A DNA stretch of 13,685 nucleotides from Octopus sinensis. Taxonomy: Eukaryota. The position numbers and the translations under genes are program-made. The stretch spans positions 1 to 13,685 of the forward strand of contig NW_021826089.1 of the NCBI RefSeq assembly GCF_006345805.1. Direction: 5' to 3'. The notes beneath the pieces were generated by a model, which worked only from the letters and a program-made list of their open reading frames with translations, had not been told where the DNA came from and did not search any database. Of this stretch, positions 1-9,364 are shown piece by piece (position 1 is the stretch's first letter; the number at the start of each line of letters is the position of its first letter).

Positions 1-8
1 ACAACTGC

Positions 9-72
9 AGAGAGGTAGATAGATAGATCAAGAGAAGGATAGGCAGAGAGAGAGAGAGAGAGAGAAAGATAG

Positions 73-120
<48 letters not shown>

Positions 121-136
121 AGATGATAGATAGATT
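9..136. repeat. (AG)n/(AGAT)n compound microsatellite
   Basis: Direct reading of GA and AGAT runs. Confidence 0.9.
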
Positions 137-568
137 GATTCAAGTGTTTAGAGATCATCTCTCATTACATTACATGTATCTTCGCAGAATTGGATACAAT
201 GCCGAAGAAAGTGTTTCGTAGAATGACATAGAATAGAAAGCTGCGGGAAAGGGACAGATAAATGGATATAAGAAAGAGAGGGAGATAGAGAGAGAGAGGG
301 GAGGATAGGGGAGAAAGATTAGGGAGAAAGAGATGAGCAAGACACGAAAATGGAAACGGATATAATATACCGATAATCGGCTCATTCTGATTGGTTGGAG
401 GGTGACGGATGAAGGGACATTTCAGGACAGGTTACGTAAAGTGTGGAGGTTTCGTGACATTTAAGAAGTAAACAAACTATACTATTGTATATAATTGTCG
501 GTCATGGAAACTAGGCTGTGGGCAGCAGGGGAGCAGAACGAAGGGAGTGCGCAGTTACTGAGGGAACA

Positions 569-745
569 TATACACACACCACACACACATGCACCAGGCC
601 ACACCCACACACACACACACACAGTTAGGTGCAGCGTGTGTTTTACATTCTTATTATGTATTGACATATGCCCTATTTCCCATTTTATATGTACAAATAA
701 CACACATATACATGTGGTGTTGTGTGTGTGTGGTGGGTGTGTGGT
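569..745. repeat. (CA)n and (GT)n low-complexity tracts
   Basis: CA run at ~569-622 and GT run at ~715-745. Confidence 0.75.
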
Positions 746-790
746 ATTTATACGCTTCCTGTCTTTACCGTCCCTCATTCTCCCTATAAC

Positions 791-808
791 TCTATATATA
801 TCTCTCTA

Positions 809-839
<31 letters not shown>

Positions 840-890
840 CTATCTATCTATCTATCTATCTTATCTATCTATCTATCTATCTATCTATCT

Positions 891-943
<53 letters not shown>

Positions 944-967
944 CTAATCTATCGATCTATCCATCTA

Positions 968-1001
<34 letters not shown>

Positions 1002-1014
1002 ATCTATCTATCTA
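791..1014. repeat. (TCTA)n tetranucleotide microsatellite, tract 1 (left flank of the LINE array)
   Basis: Imperfect TCTA tandem repeat of about 220 bp. Confidence 0.97.
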
Positions 1015-1015
1015 T

Positions 1016-2028
1016 TACCCGCCTGACCGTCGTACCTTGTCCGACCCTACATCACCAAACTACAACGGCATTCTCTTTCGCTTCTTGTGGAAAGGATGCG
1101 TCCCGATGGTCAGGCGATCCATTGCTGTCAACACCGTTTAAAAGGAGGGCTGGGCATGCCGTGGTTGATGATGGCGGACAGCACGCGCTGAGACTGCGAC
1201 CACTACTAGGCTCTATGTAGACGACGGTGAACAGGTGTGGTCGCCGTTGTGAGGCACGCTTCCCGCAGCTCGTCTCCATGACCGAACTGCAGTCGTGGAT
1301 CAAAAGAGGCCGAGGAAGGGCGAATGGCACCGCGAGTGTCGCGTTGCTCTCAAGGCAACTCTGCCGTCCTGGGTCGACCTAAGTGACTTCAACACAACCA
1401 AAGCATTCTATAGGGTTTAGTGGAGGGGAGGTACGACGACGAGCTCGGGGCGAACCTGGACGTCGACGAGGAGTACCTGACCCGCCTGTTCGGGACGACT
1501 TCGGGCCAGGGCCCATGGACAACTTCCAGAGATCCCTGGCCTGGCAGTGCTTACCGAGAAGCGCTACCCGTTCGGGATAAGCTCTACAGACCGGCTCGAG
1601 AAACACGGGGCCGACCTGCCCGAGATGCGGTCAGAGCGACGAAACCGTTCTGCACGCACTCGTTCATGTCCAACAATTTCCGACCTGTGGGCTTATGTCG
1701 AACGACTGCTGTCACGTGTGGGACGAGTCGGTTTATCAGCTGAGTCTATCGTCAATATTGTCACGCCTCCTCCTTCAAACGGAAGGAAGAGCTATTTTCA
1801 TCATCCTTGTGGCTATGGCGAAAGATGTATCTGGTGGACGCGTCTGAAAGGATTGGAGGCAAACACTTTCTCTCTGGTCAATCTCTCATCAACTTCTTCA
1901 AGTACCACTTGAAAGGAAAGTGAGAGTAGAGAGGCAAGTTTTGTCTAGCGAATTTTTAAAAAAAGATGGGTGAATGTAGCAGAATGGCACGTATGAATGA
2001 CGAAGCCACCTTGAGCATAGTCCTATGA
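1016..2028 (+). pseudogene. C-terminal third of LINE ORF2 in copy A, frameshifted
   Basis: Contains LFRFLWKGCVPMVRRS, GGLGMP and the zinc finger CPRCGQSDETVLH..C (~1616-1670). Ends ...ATLSIVL* with TGA at 2026-2028. Confidence 0.88.
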
Positions 2029-2107
2029 ACCCAGAATCGAAAACAGAGAGTTGCTTATTTGCAAAAAAAAAAAAAAAAAAAGAAATATAAATTTGACTTC
2101 ATTGACC

Positions 2108-2362
2108 GAGGTTACCGTGGTCTTTTCCGTAGGCTTTTCTTTCCACGGGTAAACCTCACCTGTCCTCCCCTTTACACTTCCATTGACATTTCTGTGATCG
2201 ATCCCTATTGATCATTTTTTTTTCCTCTCACCCATTTTTTTTTTTTTTTTGTTTTTAACCCCCCCCTTTTTTTGTCCTCTTCCTTCTCCTTTTACGATCC
2301 CTTTTGATCGAAACTCCCCCTTCCTTTTTTTTTTTTTTTTTTTTAACCTTCAAAAGAAAAGC
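2108..2362 (+). promoter_or_regulatory. 3' UTR structured RNA element of copy A: hairpin 2108-2157 plus A-rich tract 2353-2362 (putative triple helix)
   Basis: 13-bp stem GAGGTTACCGTGG/CCACGGGTAAACCTC with two 1-nt bulges. Loop is TCTTTTC-CGTAG-GCTTTTCTTT. The downstream AAAGAAAAGC is the exact complement of GCTTTTCTTT. The structure is predicted, not tested. Confidence 0.65.
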
Positions 2363-2419
2363 TCTACCTTGTAATTTGTTCTATCTGTGTGCCCCCTGTG
2401 TGGCTAATAAGAAACATAT

Positions 2420-2421
2420 CG

Positions 2422-2452
<31 letters not shown>

Positions 2453-2454
2453 GA

Positions 2455-2503
<49 letters not shown>

Positions 2504-2672
2504 ATCTACTATCTATTTATCTATCTATCTATCTATCTATCTATCATCTTCTATCTACTATCTATCTATTTATCTTCTCTATCGATCTATCTATCATCTA
2601 TCTATCTATCTATCTACTATCTATCTTCATCTATCTATCTATCTACTATCTATCTACTATCTATCTATCTAT

Positions 2673-2716
<44 letters not shown>
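2420..2716. repeat. (TCTA)n tract 2
   Basis: Imperfect TCTA repeat of about 300 bp. Confidence 0.97.
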
Positions 2717-3222
2717 ACAACGACGACGACGACGACAAACACATTCCCTTCAACCACTGCTCACTCCATCACCACAAGTGAAAAATACGACTACAGCAAG
2801 CAAGAAATGCCGAAATTTGCGCTAATGCAGGACTAAATTACGCAGGCAATTTTCCACCCCTTGCTAGTATGCATAATCACAACCACAACCTACACCCACA
2901 CCCCCTGATCAACATCAACAGTACACAATAACAAAACAACAACAAACTTCGCCGAGGCGATAAAAGAAGGTAACAAAAGTTTCTTTACTACACAACAGAT
3001 TAAAGATTGCAGAACCCTTATTACAACTCAAAACGGAAAAAATTACTCTTACACATACCTCAGCACCTACTTTTTTTTGTCCTCTTCCTCTCCTTTTACG
3101 ATGCCCTTTGATCGAAACTCCCCCCTTCCGTTTTTTTTTTTTTTTTTTTTAAACCTTCAAAGAAAGCTCTACCTTGTAATTTTTTCTTCTGTGTGCAGCC
3201 CTGTGTGGCTAATAAAGAAACA

Positions 3223-3224
<2 letters not shown>

Positions 3225-3270
<46 letters not shown>

Positions 3271-3312
3271 ATCTATCTATCTATCTATCTATCTATCTTA
3301 TCTATCATCTAT

Positions 3313-3354
<42 letters not shown>

Positions 3355-3399
3355 CTCTATTTATCTACATCTATCTATCTATCTACTATCTATCTATCT

Positions 3400-3456
<57 letters not shown>

Positions 3457-3458
3457 AT

Positions 3459-3506
<48 letters not shown>
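3225..3506. repeat. (TCTA)n tract 3
   Basis: Imperfect TCTA repeat of about 280 bp. Confidence 0.97.
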
Positions 3507-5253
3507 ACAACGACGACGACGACGACAACAACAATTCCCTTCAACCACTGCTCACTCCATCACCAACAAGTGAAAAAATAACGACGACAAGCAAACGAAA
3601 TGCCGAAATTTGCGCTAATGCAGGACTAAATTACGCAGGCAATTTTCCACCCCTTGCTAGTTGCATAATCAGCAACCACAAACCTACAACCCACACCCCT
3701 GCCATCAACATCAACAGTAACAACAATAACAAACAACAACAAACTTCGCCGAGGCGATAAAAGAAAAGGTAACAAAAGTTTCGTTTACTACACAACAGAT
3801 TAAAGATTGCAGAACCTTATTACAAATCAAAACGGAAAAATACTCTTACACATACCTCAGCACATACTGAATGAGGAGAAAAAAAAGACAATTGTATATA
3901 AAATCACAAATAAAAAAACAAAAAGTCCAGAAAAGGCAAGCACAGACAAAGTCGAAAAGTGCTTACGCCCCATCTGGGGATACAAGGATTGTGTGACTTG
4001 GGCGAACAAGTTCGCACACGTACAGGTGGTTTTCAGAATGAAGAGTTGGCGAAGAATTCTCAACGATAACCCTTCATTCTGATGAACTAACGTTGACACC
4101 GAGTTACCTCGGCCAGAAGGTGACGAAAGTCATTATCAGTGGTGTCCCCCAAGTGACTACAACACTGTGATTAATCCGCCGTAACATCCGAAATGGAGGA
4201 CTAAACATCCTAGATATCGGTGTTTCGGAAAACAAGGACTGGCTGGGAAAGAGAATAGAGTTCCTCTTCCACATAAGTCAAGAGGACATAAATAAAATCC
4301 CACCCACGTACATCTTGAGGATGGCCGCAAGTTATACGTAGTAGTCGAGGGCAGAAGGCCACGATGCTATACATGTGGCAGTGAGGCACACCTAAAAAGA
4401 GAGTGCAAATCTGCCGCAAATTACAAACAACAACAACAGCCACAGAAAAATCACAAAGCCAGATTATTGCCCACACCACAATATGGACAGCTAGTCAAGA
4501 AGCTGTATGCGAAATGCAGGAAAAACAACAAAGAACAAACCAACCCAACCAAACAACACCAACACCAGCGCCAAGAACAGAATCATCACCACCAACACAA
4601 TAAACCAATTCCAACACCAAGAATAACAACGAAGAAGACAAGCACCAAGGATGTAGGAGAGACAATAACCACAACAAACCCCCCAGCAACACCCTCCCCG
4701 CGCACCACAACAATATCTACAACCGCACAAACACACCCAGACGCCTTACCCTTGCCCCCTGCTGATTCGTCAGACTTTTCATCTAACGATGAAAGTTCGA
4801 CAGAATGGCAAATAGCCACAGGGGGTAAAAGAAAAAGATCAAGAAAAACCAAACAAGAAATCGCAACCAAAGCAGGGAGATACCTGAACCCTGAAAACTC
4901 CATACACACAACAAAACAAGCACCAACACCACACAAAAACAATGCTATCAGCGATAGACACAAAAGACTCCAAACTAATGGAGTACATCACAGGATACAC
5001 AAACATTTGTGAAGATGACTTTAAAAATAGCAATCATCCACGCACTACACCACCCAAACACATCAAAATACTACACATCACACAAACACAACACCACAAA
5101 CTCAAAGCCCTCTTCCCAAATGCTGTAGGGGGTTTCCAGAAATATCTGTCCCAAAAACTATATAGAAACCTCCTCGAAGACACATCAAAGAACGAGGAAG
5201 CCAAACTTTCGACACAAGTAAGTAACTCTCTGTACTTTCATTGTGTGTTTTAA
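3507..5253 (+). pseudogene. LINE ORF1 (nucleic-acid-binding, gag-like), split by frameshifts; start codon not identified
   Basis: EDGRKLYVVVEGRRPR-CYTCGSEAHLKREC gives a CX2CX4HX4C knuckle at 4365-4406. N-terminal NFPPL and NFAEAIK motifs, a T/P/Q-rich linker, and TAA at 5251-5253, 21 nt before ORF2. Confidence 0.8.
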
Positions 5254-5274
5254 AGCACACACCCCAATAGAATC

Positions 5275-8200
5275 ATGGTCAAGATTGGTTGTGTGAATGC
5301 GCGTGGCTTGGGGTCTCCTTGGAAACAAGGATACCTCCTAAATGACATCAAGTCACATGATTTGGGAATCATAGCCATAAGTGAGACCAGACTCCACGAG
5401 CCACGGGCCCTAAAGTCCATGTTTGGCGGACAGTTTAACATTTATTTTCGCTCCCTGTCTGCCGAGGATGGGCGGTAGTGGCACCGCGGTACTTTTTCAC
5501 AAGAGCCTGGATCTCGAAGTCAAGACGATATTCGTAGACCCGGAGGGTAGACTGATCGTTCTGGATGTTGACGGCAGCAATGGGTGCGCTTTTCGACTCG
5601 TATCAGTCTACGCACCGCCCTTAACAGGTCGGGCGGATTTCTTTCGACGTCTAGAAGTATTCTTGGGAACGTCTCGTCCTTTACTCTTAGTGGGGATTGG
5701 AATGCTACCTTGGACACGCATGTAGACTACGTGGTAGAGACAGAAACAGAAGGGGATGCAAATGCCTCAGAGACCTGCTCAGACGATTCCAACTGTCTGA
5801 CAGGTACCGACTCGACCACCCAATGCACCAACGTGGACATGGAGCAACCGCAGTGGGTCGTCGAGATCGTATCTAGATAGGATACTGTGTAGGACAGTAG
5901 ACAAGGATAACTTAGGATGTCCACAATTCCACACAGTCAGCTACACGATCACAAATTGGTGACGTGTACGCTAGACTTAGATAAGGCACATAGACAGGGT
6001 CCTGGGTACTGGAAACTGAACGCATCATTCCCGTCCAGACTTTTTCAGAGACCGGATTAGCACACTAGTAAAGAGGGCTTTGACGGGAGCCATCATCAAC
6101 AACACAAATGGTGGTTTGCCCTCAAGAGAGCAGTAAAAGCAGAAGCGATTAGGTACAGCAAAGCACTAGCCATAGATAGAAATAGAGTAGAGGGTGAGCT
6201 AGTTAAGAAGCTAGAAGAGGCAATTAGAAGCGGCATCGCATCCGACGTTTTGGCGGCGAGGTTGGCCCTCGACCAACATTTCAACGCCAAACACGAAGGA
6301 TGTGCTGTCAGAGCTAGGATGCGTGCTCTAAGGAACGAAGGTGTTGGAGCCGCGAGAGAGGCCCGGGTGGCAGAGGCGCAACAGGGCAACAAAGCCACCA
6401 TTCGGTCACTGGTAGATGAACAGGGGCGCGAATTGCTCGAGCCAAGTAAAATGTGTGAGCCTTTCAGCAGCATTTTGCCCGACTGTTCGGGACGAGTGGA
6501 GGGCAAGAACGTAGGGTAGACTTCAGTGCCTACCTACATAGCCTGCCACGACTCTCGACAAGAAAGGCAGGGTGCTGCGAAGGTGCCATCACGGCGGCGG
6601 AAGTGCGGGAAGCGATGGCAGAATGCTCGAGGGACAAATCACCGGGTTTGGATGGTCTACCCTACGAATTTTACTATTGTATGCCAGACTTGTTTGGAGA
6701 CGTCTTGGCAGCGGTATACTGCAACTGGCAGCAAAACGGGAGCATACCCGGTTTTGTGAGTCGAGGAGCTGTAACTCTGCTGAAGAAAGATCCAAACAAG
6801 GGAAACATTATAGATAACTTTAGGCCAATCACTCTGCTCAATGCAGACCTGAAAATTTTGACAAAGGTGTTAGCCAAGAGGTTGGCGCTTGTCATGGAGA
6901 AACTGGTCGACAACGCACAAACGTGCGCCGTGCCGGGCCGGAGCATCCATGACACCTCCATCTGATGCGCACATCATAGACAGGGTAGTTAACGAACCTG
7001 GCATGGGTGGGCCCCTGATCAACTTGGATCAATCGAAAGCCTTTGATAGGGTAGACCATCGATACTTGGGGCAGTCCTGAGAGCGGCTGGTTTCGGTCCC
7101 GTCTTCCGCGGCTGGATAGCTGCCTTGTACAGAGGCATCCGTTCGGTAATTCGCGTAAATGGACATCTATCGAGACCCTTCGACATTGCACGTTCGGTCC
7201 GTCAGGGATGCCCCCTCTCGGCGCTTCTATACGTATTGACTCTTGAGCCACTACTGCGGAAGCTGGCGACTCTGAGGGGCATCCCGCGAGAATTAGGATA
7301 CGGGACGAGCGTGTCTGCATACGCGGACGACGTCACCGTCATAGTGTCAAGCCACGAGCACATCGAGCGGGTCGGCGAGACACTGAAAGACTACGAAGCG
7401 GTGACAGGAGCAAAAATCAACCGGGAAAAGTCAGTGGGCTTGCGGCTCGGCACCTGGAGAAGCAAACCCATGCCGTCCACCAGTACCTCCGTCGTGGGAC
7501 GCTGGACAGACGGCCCGGTTGAGTTGCTCGGGGTCTGGTTCGGTCCGGACCTCCAAATGGAGAAGAACTGGAACGAGATAACGAGTAGGGTGGTCACTCT
7601 CGCCGCCCAGCAATGGCCGAGAGGAAACTGTCCCTAAAAGGTCGGGCGGAGTGTGTGAACGCGTACATCGCGTCCATCATCTACTACCGCCTGACCGTCG
7701 TACTTGTCCCGACCCTACCATCACACAAACTAGAACGTATCCTCTTCCGCTTCTTGTGGAAAGGATGCGTCCCGATGGTCAGGCGATCCATTTGCTGTCA
7801 ACACCCGTTAAAAGAGGGGCTGGGCATGCCGTGGTTGATGATGCGCAGACACGCGCTGAGACTGCGACATCTCCGGCTCTATGTAGACGACGGTGAACAG
7901 GTGTGGTCGCCGTTTGTGAGGCACGCATTCCCCGCAACTCGTCTCCATGACCGAACTACAGTCGTGGATCAAAAAGAGGCCGAAGAAGGGCGAATGGCAC
8001 CGCGAGTGTCGCGTTGCTCTCAAGCAACTCTGCCGTCCCGGGTCGACTTGAGTGACTTCAACACAACCAAAGCATTCTATAGGGGATTAGTGGAGGGGAG
8101 GTACGACGACGAGCTCGGGGCAAACCTGGGCGTCGACGAGGAATACCTGACCCGCCTGTTTCAAACGACTTTCGGCCCGGGACCTATGGACAACTTCAGA

Positions 8201-8706
8201 GATCCCTGCCTGGCGGTGCTACCGAGAAGCGCTACCCGTTCGGGATAAGCTCTATAGGCATGGCTCGAGAAACACGGGGCCGACCTGCCCGAGATGCGGG
8301 CAGAGCGACGAAACCGCTCTGCACGCAATCGTGCAGTGTCCAGCAATTTCCCACCTGTGGGCTTATGTCGAACGACTGCTGCCTGTCACGTGGGACGTGT
8401 CGGTTTATCAGCCGAGTCTATCGTTATATCGTCACGCCTCCTTCCTTCAAACGGGAGGAAAAAGAGCTATTTTTATCATACTTGTGGCTATGGCGAAAGA
8501 ATGTATCTGGTGGACGCGTCTGAAAGGATTAGAGACAAACACTTTCCTCTCTGGTCAATCTCTCATCAACTTCTTCAAGTATCACTTGAAGAAAAAAGTG
8601 AGAGTAGAGAGGCAAGTTTTGTCTAGTGAATGTTTTAAAAAGATGGGTGAATGTAGCAAGGATGGCACGTATGAATGACGAAGCCACCTTGACTATGATT
8701 CTATGA
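5275..8706 (+). pseudogene. LINE ORF2 (APE endonuclease, reverse transcriptase, C-terminal zinc finger), interrupted by many 1-bp frameshifts as assembled
   Basis: APE motifs: MVKIGCVNARGL, ISETRL, VYAP, GDWN, TWTW..SYLDR, TDH, GYWKLN. RT motifs: KSPGLDGLPYEFY, FRPITLLNAD, DQSKAFDRV, VRQGCPLS, YADD (7320-7331), KINREKS, LLGVWFG. Zinc finger CPRCGQSDETALHAIVQC at 8286-8339. TGA at 8704-8706. Confidence 0.95.
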
Positions 8707-8787
8707 ACCGTAAAAATTAATACAGAGAGTTGCTTATTTGCAAAAAAAAAAAAAAAAAAAGAAATATAAAATGTGACTACATTGACC

Positions 8788-9099
8788 GAGGTTACCGTGG
8801 TCTTTTCCGTAGGCTTTTCTTTCCACGGGTAAACCTCACCTGTCCCCCCCTTTACACTTCATATTGACATTTCTGTGATAACGATCCCTATTGATCAATT
8901 TTTTTCCTCTCCCCTTTTTTTTACCCCTCCTTTTTTTTTTTGTCCTCTTTCTCTCCTTTTACGATCCCTTTTGATCGACCCCCCCTTTTTTATTTTATTT
9001 TTTATTTTATTTTTTTCTTATTTTTTATTTATTTTTTTTTTAATTTTTTTAATTTTTTTATTTTTAATTTTTTTTTTTTTAAACCTTCAAAAGAAAAGC
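8788..9099 (+). promoter_or_regulatory. 3' UTR structured RNA element of copy C: hairpin 8788-8837 plus A-rich tract 9090-9099 (putative triple helix)
   Basis: Hairpin and A-rich tract are identical to those of copy A. Confidence 0.65.
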
Positions 9100-9143
9100 T
9101 CTACCTTGTAATTTGTTCTATCTGTGTGCCGCCCTGTGTGGCT

Positions 9144-9149
9144 AATAAA
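9144..9149 (+). terminator. AATAAA polyadenylation-like signal at the LINE 3' end
   Basis: AATAAA lies about 8 nt before the TCTA tract. It is also present at 3211-3216, and as AATAAG at 2406-2411. Confidence 0.55.
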
Positions 9150-9157
9150 GAACATAT

Positions 9158-9169
9158 TATCTATCTATC

Positions 9170-9200
<31 letters not shown>

Positions 9201-9205
9201 CTATC

Positions 9206-9278
<73 letters not shown>
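9158..9278. repeat. (TCTA)n tract 4 (right flank of the array)
   Basis: Nearly perfect TCTA repeat of about 120 bp. Confidence 0.97.
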
Positions 9279-9330
9279 AATACACACAACTATGTATACA
9301 TATGTGTGGTGTGTATAATAATATATATAT

Positions 9331-9364
<34 letters not shown>

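Larger units (their letters stand above)
1015..2419 (+). mobile_element. Tx1-like (L1 clade) non-LTR retrotransposon, copy A, 5'-truncated
   Basis: Aligns by eye to copy C from ~7684 to 9157, covering the ORF2 C-terminal part and the whole 3' UTR. Ends GGCTAATAAGAAACATAT, then TCTA repeats. Confidence 0.93.
2267..3867 (+). repeat. ~800-bp direct tandem duplication (2267-3070 / 3071-3867) of [copy A 3' UTR end + TCTA tract + copy C 5' end]
   Basis: 2717-3070 matches 3507-3867. 3071-3224 matches 2267-2419 and carries A-specific bases (GATCGAAACTCCCCC, GAAACATATC) that copy C's 3' end lacks. Confidence 0.8.
3507..9157 (+). mobile_element. Tx1-like (L1 clade) non-LTR retrotransposon, copy C, near full length (~5.65 kb)
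   Basis: Two-ORF layout: ORF1 with a gag-like knuckle, ORF2 with APE, RT and zinc finger, a ~450-bp 3' UTR, AATAAA at 9144-9149, and (TCTA)n on both sides. The Tx1 assignment rests on motif style and was not searched. Confidence 0.93.

Noticed and set aside
170-560. Promoter-like segment with a reverse CCAAT box (ATTGG near 390)
   Set aside because: A single short motif with no associated gene or transcript evidence.
482-1141. ORFs rich in YLSI/IYLS, HT and CV repeats (also 2304-2781, 3077-3760, 8940-9798, 10080-10346, 12059-12452)
   Set aside because: They are translations of stop-free TCTA, CA and AT microsatellites, not genes.
2717-3224. Independent non-autonomous bipartite element (third insertion)
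   Set aside because: An A-type 3' end, a C-type 5' end and matching ~800-bp periods are better explained by tandem duplication of the junction. It is therefore not counted as independent evidence for targeting or for the true 5' end.
791-3506. CRISPR-like repeat-spacer array
   Set aside because: The repeats are variable-length microsatellites, the intervening pieces are LINE fragments, and the context is eukaryotic with no cas genes.
5218-5255. GTAAGT...TTTTAAAG mini-intron that could fuse ORF1 to ORF2
   Set aside because: It is only 38 nt, the spliced product is out of frame with the ORF2 ATG as assembled, and an intron would be lost on retrotransposition.
9099-9157. mascRNA-like tRNA mimic after the A-rich tract, as in MALAT1
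   Set aside because: Only a weak GCCGC/GTGGC hairpin is visible and it varies between copies. There is no cloverleaf or T-loop motif.
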